A stretch of 64,000 nucleotides of DNA from Perna viridis (lineage: Eukaryota), in NCBI GenBank assembly GCA_037379345.1, contig CM074515.1:13578001-13642000 (forward strand), given 5' to 3'. This document shows positions 25,298 through 37,151 of the stretch, piece after piece. Numbering within the stretch: position 1 is the stretch's first letter; the number at the start of each line of letters is the position of its first letter. The position numbers were made by a program, and so were the translations under genes. The notes below the pieces were generated by a model. The model saw only the letters and a program-made list of their open reading frames with translations. It did no database searches and was not told the DNA's origin.

Positions 25298-25777
25298 CTT
25301 CTATACATGATTTTTCCTAACTACCAGTTTTGATTTTTATCGCTCTACATCACACCGAAATTTCGAGAAAGTACTTGTATATTTTGTCTCGCGTGTTTCT
25401 TATCATATAATTCTCTTTACCATAAGTATTTTTAATTTTGTATGTATGAAGTTTGCTTGTATCGTTTGACATAAGTTTTCAATACCATTCTTTGATAGTT
25501 ATCCTATAAACTAATTACAGTAACAGTAACTTAGGAATTGAATAATTTATTTCTAAAGATATTGATTAAAAGATAGTGTTAAAATAGTTGTTACAATGAA
25601 AAAAAAAGACAATCGAACCGTCGAAGCAATTTAAACAGAAAAGCATCCGGTAAATAGACTCATTAAATGTTTATTGGTTTTGGTATATTATAATGATGAT
25701 TTGCACAAATTGAGATCAATGTTAATAACAGTAGCAGTCAAAACATAGCCTGAACTCAAATAATAGCTCCCTTTAAT

Positions 25778-25880
25778 TTTAGATATAAACAAGACACCAA
25801 ATAACAGCTCCCTTTAATTTTAGATATAAACAAGACACCAAATAACAGCTCCCTTTCGTTTTTGATACACACAAAACATC
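25778..25880. repeat. ~40-bp tandem repeat, ~2.5 copies
   Basis: AAATAACAGCTCCCTTTAATTTTAGATATAAACAAGACACC repeated. Confidence 0.85.
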
Positions 25881-28127
25881 ATTTAACCTCCTTATTTTAT
25901 GAATTAAAAGCTAAGCTCTTTGAACCAACTGAGTCTTATTGCGTTCAATGTAGTGTTTTTGTTTTGTTTTATTTTGTTTTCCTTTTTGTTTAGTTTTATT
26001 TCATTTTATTTGATTTTTTTTGTTTTTTGTTAGTTGTGTTTAGTTTTGTTTTTTTGTTTTGTTTTTGTTTTTGTTTTTGTTTGATTTTTTTTTTTTGGTG
26101 GGGAAGGGAGAGGGTGTCGTTGTTTTTCTCTTGTTCTTTTCAATAATAACTTTTTTATGCAACTTGTATAGTTTATGATTGATGTCCACCACTTGTAGGA
26201 CGTACTGCTGCGTTTAGCACTGAAATTTAGTTTTTAAAACATTATATACTTTAAAGAAGGCGGATTGCTAGATTTTCGATAATTGTAAAAACGATTAGAT
26301 ATACTCCCCCTTTCTATAGCTCCCCGCCCCCAACAAAAAATATGAAAAATGTCGGAAAAGGAGTTTTCGAAACGCGAATTGCGAATGATCTCCAACACCC
26401 ATGATACCACATGCCGTGGCAACGGGACGTGCAAAAAGTTGGACCATCATTCTATGAGCAAGCAGAATTGAAATAATTAGGGTATGCCCGTATGTTTTTT
26501 CTGTCTTGTCTGAGGAGTCACTTGTCTCATATCAGAAGAGAAAAAATATATTAGTTCGCTTTATATTTTTACAGGAAAAAATCAGTTTGAAATGCATTAC
26601 AAAATAAAATTCTGCTGAAAAGTATAAATGGTTTAATTTTATATTATCAATATTTTTTAGAAATATTTTACATTAAGTTATGAATGAATCTCGTTGAAAA
26701 CTTAGCTCGGAAATATACACCAATAGCAACAATACAAACTAAAACAGTTCCAAGTGTAATTATTTTACCTGGGAGAACGGAATACCACTGTCGTTCGTCA
26801 TTATAAAGTTTACCAGCACTGCTCAAAAGGATTACACCAAAATGATTTGAAATCGATTTTTCTGATGCCAAAGTTGCATGTGAATACTTGACAAAAGCGA
26901 TACTTAATTCAATAAAATTTGACTTTCAAGTGAAATATTTGTCCAACCTAAAACAATTTGTTCCCATCAAAATACAGATGACACCTCTATTTACAATTTC
27001 ATATTTAATAAACCTCTTTCCTGTTATCAAATTTAGATAATTTTAAACAGTCTTGTCCACTTGAAAATGATCGCTGGATTACAAAATTTTCACAAACTCG
27101 GCGGGAGATATATCATTACTAAGCCGAACAAATTTTATTGTATAAAAACTCCAAACTGTTTTGACACCATCGTACATAGAAGTAAACAGTACTTGAACAC
27201 GCTCTTTTCCTTGTTAATTCGTTGGTTGCTGGAATAGGAAACACGATCTTGACCCAAGCTGCTTCACTTGACGTTCTGCAAAACACAAGAATAAACAACG
27301 GTAAACATGCTCCCCAATGTTAAAGTGTTCATTTTATCCTGTCCCTAGTCATATTTGACAGCTGTCGGGTTTTATCTATGAGAGATCAAAGATGTGAAAG
27401 GTATCCAGAGCTATCTTATAGTGTCAGAGGCGGCTCGGTATACATTGCATTCTATGACTCATAATTTGGCCATGTAAGAGATGCATATCAACAAATTGAT
27501 TTCTTCTGATGCATACTGCCCCTTGAGATGTTTAGAATGCTGATAGATACTGCTTGTTGTTTGGATTACAATGCAGATGGCCTCTCATCACGATCCTAAC
27601 AATTTATCCAGTGAACTGAAGGGTTTTAAGCTTAGATTCATTCATATTTATATAGTGACAAATATTTCTGAAGATTTAAATGAAAAAAATGCATTATGAA
27701 TTTGCTATTAGTGATTCATATCAATAGCATGACTCCTATTTTTGCAATGTGGATCTTTGGAAGTATTCAAATTAAAAAAATCACGATTGAATGTAATGCT
27801 TAAAATACTATTTTAAGAACTTCCGCTTAAAACTAATACTAGAAATCATACATATTTGCATTTCTATATAGTCTGCAAAGTCTTTTTGATAAAAAGATAC
27901 TAACTGCTTTTAAACCAAACAAACGTTGACAAAACGCACTTATTGCCATAAGTTACAAAACTCTTAGAACTGGTTGGTTACTCAGTTCTTGAAGCAGCAA
28001 TATATGTAGCCCCAAGCTTGATCTTCACACAATACATATATATCCATGTTAGAATATCTTTTACGTCAGTTTTAATGACGGTCGTAACAAATTAAAACAA
28101 ATGTTTTATGTTTATGTATATCTAAGG

Positions 28128-28316
28128 GTGCATGAACCCAATGGACCAAGTTAGTGGAGTCCGAGTTGCTCATTTGCTTTTGTTACTTTGTATGTATGAT
28201 TTTAGTTACTTCATGTTCTTTGTTGTGTATGTCTGTTTTCTATGCATGTCTGTTCTTTGTTCTTGGATTACATTCTTTTGATTACCGCTAAAACCTTGGT
28301 TCCCTTGACTACTCTT
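28128..28316 (+). mobile_element. Penelope-like pLTR fragment
   Basis: TTAGTGGAGTCCGAGTTGCTCATTTGCTTTTGTTACTTTG...TTGGTTCCCTTGACTACTCT. Confidence 0.85.
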
Positions 28317-28588
28317 TGAAAACTTGATAACATAATTTCATTCTCATTTAACGAATATATTTATTTTTCCCTATTTTATATTTGTTTTTTTTTATTTTGA
28401 TTTGATGTTTTCGTGTTTGATATTTTAGTGTTGTGATTTGTCTTAGGTTTTTTTGTTGTTGTTTTAAGGGCTTAAAATGCCCTAAACACTTTGTAAAGTG
28501 GTTTGAATGGTGCAGAAAGAATGTTGAAACTTTATACCGAGGAGTTGGATAAATGAGATCTTATACTAATTGTGATAAACAGAAAGAG

Positions 28589-28925
28589 ATTTTTGAAGTT
28601 TCAATGTCGAGAAAATATATCTGCAGGCAATGATTTTCTTTTACTCAATTCGTGGACATGAATTAGAAACTCAATATGTCTTCGCCTTACGTTAAATTGA
28701 AACAAAGATGGTTAAACTTTACGAAATAGTGTTCAGCACCATTTTTGAAGTTTCAATGTCGGGAAAATATACCTGCAGACAATGATACTTTTTACTCAAT
28801 TAATGGACATTAATAAGAAACTTAATATGTCTTCGCCTTACGTTAACTTGAAATAAAGATGGTTAAAATGGGTTTTTTTTACAAATATACTTTCATTTTA
28901 CGATATGCAATGTAGTGTTCAGCAT
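28589..28925. repeat. Local tandem duplication of a ~152-bp unit
   Basis: ATTTTTGAAGTTTCAATGTC...CTTCGCCTTACGTTAA...AAAGATGGTTAAA at 28589 and at 28741. Confidence 0.85.
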
Positions 28926-31900
28926 TCGTCTATATCATTTCGGATATTGACTGCAAAATAAAGAATCACCGGAGAGAAAAATTGGAAATGATCTCATATG
29001 TACAATGTTGCATCTTCCTTACTTATAGATTTTTTTTCAATCAAGAAAAATCGTTCTTTTAGAGTAGTAAAAAATCATCTGTTTATGAATATGTCGGGTT
29101 TTTTGGGGGGCGGGGGGTGGCGATGTTACCGATATATTGGTATCTTGTAAAAAAATAATGAATTGATTAATAATTTCTCTATACTACAAATATCCCTACG
29201 TTAGAATCGTCCATTAGAGGCCCGAAAGCGGTAGACAAGTTAAAAATACCATTGGCTAGCCTACTGTACATTAATATATTCCTATTAGTATTTCTAGAAA
29301 TTGCATTTGTGGCTGGAAGAGGTTAATCGTATTTACAAATCTAGGGCGTCTCTTTAAAGAATACCATTTACTATTTGGTTTAACAGAAAGACTTTGTAAA
29401 ATTTCTTAAATAATTTAATTCTTTTTTCATGGATGTTTGCTGTATTATCTGGTTCGTCTGAGAAAATATTTTCTTAAATTAAACGTATGTAATTAGATTC
29501 GTATCTTAAGAGGTACACCGACACGTATTTATCGTCTGTTATGGGGGTTTCACACACTTTAATGTATTATAATCTAATGTTTATATGTCAACAATGTATA
29601 AACTTATCACAAAGGGATACAAGTAATTGACAAGCATAAATCCTTTTCGGAAGCGTGCTAATTAATAATCGGAACATTTCTAAACATGCTGAAAATCGTT
29701 CCTCTACCAAGACCTGAGGTGGTCCATTTATTAGGCACGTGTTCACATTAAATTGTTTGAATGGCAAATACATTTTTGTACCTCTTATACCATTGAGCAT
29801 TCAAATGTCCACGATTTAATGGTTTAAATCGGCATTTTGAATTAACACTACAATAGAAATAATGTTTTTAATTAATCAATTCGATTAAAAATCATACAAT
29901 GAATAAAAAGTTTACATTAAATAAATAAAGTTTGAGAAACCACACGGATGGGGCTTGTAATTACAGAAAAAGATTAGCATATTGATGGTAATTTTATTAG
30001 ATATAAGATCTAACCCCTCGTACACATTAGGTTGTTTACATTGTGTTAATCCATAACAACAAGTTTTGACAGCAGTGACTAGCACCTAACTTCAAGGGCA
30101 AAAGGTTATAAGCTATTTAGAGTTCCCAAAGGTAATTTATTTATTTACATGTACGGGTATACGAATGGTGAGGAATATAAATATTAATAAACTAAAAACT
30201 AATTACACATGTAGGTTTCAAAATCTTTAATATTCAAAACAATTCCTTACAGTTGAATTAAACAGGATGTATTACTTAAAAGTTTATATCTATCGGATAC
30301 TATTGTTCTAAATTGATCTGATTTAACAGTTCTTGAATGTAAATAGTAACGAATTTCGTTATTTTACGTTACAAGATTTAACCATTTTCAGACATACGAA
30401 CTGATATTCTGCAAGTTAATCTCTTCTCCAATATGTTATGGATCAAATACAATCACTGTGTAAATTGTAGTTTAGTTTTATCTGTTAATGTGACTATAAT
30501 GGTCGAGTAATCTAAACATGATATTTGTATGGTTCTTAATTCAGAAGGACCGTTACTCTGACACTAGTCCGTTAGTCACTGTTATCGTTGCTTGTTCTGG
30601 GAAAATATTTACATCAATGTGACAATACTTTGTATACATTTATATTGTCATTTTTACCGCTTCTGCTTAATCAGTTATTGGTATATTTAAACTAATATAT
30701 GTTTATACTGATGCTACCATTCTACGATTGAAAAAAAATATATGAAAGACACAAAGTGGTCGCCAAATTTTTGCAAGAAACAAAAAAAAAGGAAAGCAAC
30801 TAAACAAACAAATCTTAAAAGCAGAAAGGTCTAAGTAATTTGTGGATTTCAGGTCTAAATAATTTGTGGATTTCTACTTTTGCTAGATTGTTTGGACAAG
30901 CAGCACGAAAGGCTACAAAGCAAAGGGATTAATGCCATAAACTACACACATCTACAACTTTGGCTTCGACGTTTTGCCCTTAAACATACTTAAATTGTAC
31001 ATTTGACGAACAAAACATGATATGACCTAAGCCTTCGATGTCAGTACAATAATTTATATATGTCAATTTTGATATTTTATCTTGAACAGAGATTTTGACA
31101 TGTCGGACATTGGTCTAATCAAATAAATGACCACTCAGTATGAGTATCTTTATCCGCTTTCTGTGACAAAAACATTTGATAGGATATTCACTTGTCTGGT
31201 TTCCAAACCAAACGAATTTTTATATCACTTATCACTCTCAATAGTTATACCGCCTCATGGATGTGCATGGTCATATGTACTTATACTATGAGCCTTTTGT
31301 CAAAATCAGGGAGACTATATATAGGATAGGTATACACCTACATGTATATATCACATGGTCGAATCTTTGTTCCCTTGGTTACTCTATAATAAAGTCTCCC
31401 TGAAACAATATTGAAACTTGAGAACCAAATTTGTAAAGTATTACAGTTATTCAATCGTGTTTACGATTTTAATAGATACATGTACCTCGAAATTAATACT
31501 AATTTTAGTGATTAATAGCATGAACAGCAAAGATGAAATAATCCAAATTAAAAGGTTCGATAAGATGTTTGTTTTTGTGAATCATTCAATTGTTTTCAAA
31601 ATTGTAATTAAATTTATTAGAAATGCTGTGCAATGCGCATTTGTATTCATTTTTTCGTAAACTACCATAAAACTGGGAAAAAATACAAGTACATGTATGA
31701 TATCAGTATGATTGCAGCGAACTTTTTTTCTTATAAAATATTCGTCATGAAAAAAATAAATGACAACAAAAACAGAATCTACCTGTTCAAGCCATAAACA
31801 ACAACAAATAGATTATAATTGTTGTGACGAGATCATCCCATCATTCAATGAATACGACGTAATCATGAAGTAACCAATAGATAACAAGAGCATGGCTAGA

Positions 31901-34900
31901 AACAGTTGTTTACTGTACACGTGCTATTGGAATGTAATACGGGTAACGTTTTGTTTCTCGTTATTGAAAGGTGAACTTAAGTATAAAAATAATCAGCAAA
32001 AAATATTTTGTTTCTAAACATTTAGATTAAACAATGCCAAACATTGGTACTTGAGATATGGTGTTATATCCATTGGTTATCCTGAATGGCTATCTTACAG
32101 ATCCTGTATACTGATATAGAGCTGGGGTTTGTGTCCTACACAAACTACTCAGTGCCATTTTAATTCCAGTGTAAGCACAGACCTGTCAAGGGAGTAACGT
32201 GTATGAATCATATCAACGATTTATAGTCTACAAGCGTCTTGTTTTCCCTGCTGAAGGAGGGAAACATAACTATTATCTGTCAAGCAAGCATTTCCGCTAT
32301 AAACTTGAAAATTAGTAAAAAATAATGCATTATTATCAAGTTTTACCATACGTGCCAATTTCTGCATTCTTGGATTAATGTAATGACACTTTGAAAGTGC
32401 CAATAACTGATAAAAACCGATACTAAACTTTAAAAATGGTACGTCGTCTTTGTCTATGTTCAAACACTGACTTCACAAATGGCCATTTTTACCAAAAATA
32501 ACAGAAACTCCCACTTACATTTCGTACACCATATTTTAAAAGCTAAAGAATTTTGTTGTAAACATGCACTTAATGTATTTAAAGGAATATATAACTCACT
32601 TCTGTAAAAGTTTGCATTATTTTATTTTACACGTGTGTCAGTTCTTTAAAAACAATGATTATGCGCGTTCGATATATTCAGTTAAATAAAAAGCGCAATC
32701 AGGTTTCCATTTAATACAACCTTTAACTCAAGTATTTAGTTGGAATTTGCTAGAAACCATCTAAAATTTAGATTCAGTGTGTCTTATTATAAACCATGAT
32801 CATCAATTCAGAAAAGTTGACTTTTATATCACAAAAATGTCAATGTTTCAACAAAACCTACATATTGTCTCGGATGCGTATAAAGTTTGATTAGTTACTT
32901 GTAACAACATATCTACGTTCAGTATTGGCATAAAATGAAGACGGTGGCTATTTGCGCAGTTGGTGGGCGACCTTGTTGCTGTGACGCTATAAGTCTGTTT
33001 CTAGAACACCTCTCAAATGCATTAATACTATAATTAAAATCCGGATGCGTTTGCAAAAAAAAAAAGCAAAATAACAGATTAATGTAAAATCATTTGACAA
33101 TAGGTGATAGTTCACGTTATTTGCATGACAATGGAAGAATAATTTCTCGTCTGAATTCTATGTAAATTAATTCCAGCGTATGAATACAAATGTAAAACAG
33201 AAGATACATTATTCTAACATAACGAAACATATGTAAATCACCAACGACCATAAAAGTGTGTAATGTGTATCTGTTTTCGTATTAAAAGCCCATTAAAAGG
33301 GTTACAGTTCATTTTATCTTACAGGATGGTATTCTGAGCCATACTTTATCAGCTCCCAATAGAGGTACTCCATTCATACTCCACTATTTGTCGGCTAAGA
33401 AATTATAGGTTTCATATTGCCCATCTCAATATAGACGCTTGGTTTGTAGAAGAATAGGTGTTGAATCCATCAGCTGGATAGTGGTTTTGACAATAAGCAA
33501 ACAATATGGGATGATAGGTTTTTACAAAAACATATTATCAATGGGGCAGGAATACTACTTGAACATACCGTGTTAAGTTGTAGAAGGAGTTCTAACAAGA
33601 AACAATATCGTCACGAGGTCTATCTAAATAATTACAGTGTTAGCGATACATTGATCCAAATTGTAACCAAATACTAATATTATTCTGATGGGGTATTTAA
33701 AGTAGAAAAACTAAAATTACAGTATTTATCTTCGACAAAACATATGTTATCAACAATTCCGATGACTATGGTTATAAAACTTAGTATATCTTGTTTCTAC
33801 CTACGTTAGAAGTCCTAAATGTGTTGCATTTTTACTTCAAATTAATATTCTTTATTCATTTTGCTTCTCAGTTATTTTTTATACTGTACGTTCATAACAA
33901 ATTCAACAATTTTCCTATTGAGAAACATAATCATATGTATTCAAAATTTGTGCTTTCTTTTTTCTTGAATTGTAAACAAAAGTCATAGCTGTGATATGTT
34001 TTCTGTCTGTGAAATTATTTGGTATACACTAAATAACAACCTGCCTTATTTTCTAATGTGGACCATGGGCATTGATGTTTATAGTTCAAATAGAGAAATG
34101 CCCCAGTTATTCCTTACAATTTAATTCTGGTACTAAAATTTAACGATTAACTAATGGTATAAAAGTTTGATCACTTCACTATCACACAGCAAAACTATGT
34201 TTAAACTGTTAAAACGAATAATAATTTTCTTTGCAGAGGAATTTATCTACAATAAATGTTCTTCGTTTATTGAACCCTTAATGACGAAATAACCTCATTC
34301 ACTTGATGTAAAGCAATTAACCGCGATTTCTGAGAGAGGTGTATGAGTGAGTCCCGACCGCCAAAGGCTGTTCATCACACAAGAGCTTACCACAAACCTG
34401 TTAAAATGTTTAACTTGTACTAAGAAAAAATTCACATAAAGAAGCGGATTTCGTTTTAAGTGTGGCAAAGGTATAAAACACTTTGCAAAAGCAGAGGAGT
34501 TCTAACATTGGTGTCAGGAATTAATTAGCAGTCTTTGTAAGAATCATGCAAATTATGTAATATGTGATACACCCCAAAATGGGCTACACATTTTTATTTT
34601 TCTTATGAAGTTGCTTTATAGGTCTTTATGATGAATGTATAATTATTCATTCAAATCTGCCTGCTCTTAGGAGATAATCCTCATTGAAAATCTAAGTTGT
34701 TATTGTATTTTAGTGTCATTCACAGAGTTATCTCCCTTAATTTGGAATTGCACAGTGCATTCTATATAATTTTTATCTCCTATGAACAAAGGTTATATGA
34801 ATAGCCACATGTCACTTTCTACTGTACCTATTTTGACATTTTAAACAAAATATAGAAATAAAAAATATGTAGGCTTTCCAACCATGAATCACATTTTGGA

Positions 34901-34932
34901 TAATTCTTATGTGGAGTGCTACATTAAAATTG

Positions 34933-35440
34933 GCCCCGTGCAGGTCCGGGTGTTAAAAGAATAGGCCTGCAGCAGCGCTAAGCTTGTCGTAAAAGGCGAC
35001 TAAATAGTGCTCAGAAACCTAGCCGGGGGCTAGGCGCTCTGCCCACAGAGCAACTGGGATGTGTGCCCCAGGTGGTGGAATGGGGTACCCCTGGCTTGTT
35101 ACATGCTGGGGTTGTCAGGCTATAATACGGAAAACCTGACCGCAAACCATAGTGGTGCACCGTGTTGGGAAAGATGCCACGTTCCTCGCACGTTAAAGAA
35201 CCCTGCTGTGGTATTCGATAGGAGTAGGAACCTTTGCGCTCCGCCACAGGAGGCTAAATTGCCCGACCTTACCCATCCCCCTTTTTCCAGTGGCAATCAA
35301 AATTTATCGACCCTATTATCCTTGTGACCCATCCTTTTTTTTCATTTCATGTTCATTTTATCATCCATTTCATGTTCATTGTCTGAATATAGCTGAAATA
35401 TTGCTGCTCGGACATTAAACCCCAACAAACAAACAAACAA
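34933..35440 (+). mobile_element. SINE-like retroposon copy 1 (non-tRNA head, (CAAA)n tail)
   Basis: TSD ACATTAAAATTG at 34921-34932 and 35441-35452. Tail GGACATTAAACCCCAA(CAAA)n. Contains GCACGTTAAAGAACCC. Confidence 0.9.
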
Positions 35441-35634
35441 ACATTAAAATTGTGTGACGTCACACGGATAAACAGATAAGACAGTATACATTCGACAATT
35501 TCGTCACGTTTTGTATAAATAACCGCTTAATTATATGAAGAGAAAAAACTATTACTTTTTGCTGTTGCATGAAAAATGTTTCCAAAACACTAACATTGAT
35601 TTGGTGAATACAAAAAATACCAGTTTTATATATT

Positions 35635-36066
35635 GTAAATTTCGAAATGCTGTACACGTGTTTCAAGGAGTAAACTCTTATCACAGCATTAAAATCAAAT
35701 ATGTAGGAAGATCATATTCTAAAACTATCCAAAGAGGATGCCAAATCTATCACCGATAGGTTCTACCATGTGCAATGCAAGGAATGAAGCCCCAGTGTTT
35801 TTAAATTTTTAAATTTGGATTACTGCAAGATTTCATAAATAGGGTAGATAAAATATGATATAATTCGGGGTCAGACAAGTCTGACTACTGGGTTGGTGAA
35901 TACCCTCGGGGACCTCAGGTCCACCAGCAGCGGTACCGACGCAGTGGTTCTTAAATACAAAAAAAAACTTTTTTATACGTTATAAATTTCGATATACTGC
36001 ACACGTGTTGCAAGGAGTAAACTTTCATTAGCAGCATTAAAATCAAATCCTATGCAGGAAGATCAT
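35635..36066. repeat. Direct duplication of ~80 bp (35635-35717 and 35985-36066) flanking a GC-rich structured segment
   Basis: TAAATTTCG...CACGTGT...CAAGGAGTAAACT...CAGCATTAAAATCAAAT...AGGAAGATCATA occurs twice. Confidence 0.7.
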
Positions 36067-37018
36067 AATCAGAATAAATTACAAAATAAAAAAATACTAT
36101 ATGGTAGATCTATATGATGTCGGAAAACTCAACATATACTGAAAACTTACATGATAAAATACGCGACGGTAGCAAGACTAAACTTGATTTGTAAGGGGTG
36201 TATAACCTTTTTAAAATCTAGTTTTGTCGTAAGTATTGCGTAAAGAAATTGGAGGATTTCTGGAAGATTTCTTTTGAAAAATTCTTGTAGTACCCACATA
36301 GTTCAGAATATTCTTTTGTCGTTCACGAATGTTTGTCGAATAATTACCTTAAATGTTTTAACTGCATATGATGCCGCTAAAATAAAAAAAATGAATTTTT
36401 GTTATAATAAATGTTTGCTCAGTTTCGTGTATGACTGTTTACAATAGCTGTTAAAATATATAGTTCACGTTTGTCCTCGATTAACACGGGCAAGGAAAAC
36501 GGATATACATACAGCAACTGGTGTCAGTGACCATCCAGGACTCTGAAATACGTTTTTTACGTTTTATTATACGTTCGTTTGTTTTGTTTATGTTTGTTTG
36601 TTTGTTTGTTTTTGTATTCTTTTAAATACTAGTCAACATAAAATTCAGACAATACCAATGGTAAAGTGATTCATGGTGAAGAAAAACCCACCATACAAAC
36701 GATGCTTTTTCAGTCTATATATGCTGTACTTTCACAAAACAACAATTTTCTGCATTCAGATCTGCACTTCATACATTAATCTTCCACTGAAATCAACCAA
36801 ATCAAGAACGATAACGCTTCCAAAGTGCAAATTTCGTGTACAGTCTATATGATTTTTATTCTCAAAAGTACAACAACCAAATGAAAAATTAAGACTGGTT
36901 ATGTGATCGGTAACTGTTTCTGAACAAGAAATAAAACTGAATTTGGTGGGTTTTTAACATGCTTTAATCATCTTCTGTCTGACTTTTAGAAAGACTGGTA
37001 CTTAATTGTTCGTGTTAT

Positions 37019-37151
37019 NNNNNNNNNNNNNNNNNNNNNNNNNNNNNNNNNNNNNNNNNNNNNNNNNNNNNNNNNNNNNNNNNNNNNNNNNNNNNNNNNN
37101 NNNNNNNNNNNNNNNNNNNNNNNNNNNNNNNNNNNNNNNNNNNNNNNNNNN
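37019..37151. other. Assembly gap (N run)
   Basis: Seen directly. Confidence 1.

Noticed and set aside
34933-35011. tRNA-derived or canonical HDV-ribozyme head for the SINE
   Set aside because: No A box or GTTCRA B box. There is no room for P3/L3/P1-3' between the putative P2 and P4, so it is not a canonical HDV fold.
35061-35327. Similar ORFs in three places (also 60535-60888, 62869-63237 and antisense ORFs)
   Set aside because: They lie inside the SINE-like repeat, begin at an ATG with no homology signal, and have C-termini that differ through frameshifts. Chance frames in GC-rich sequence.
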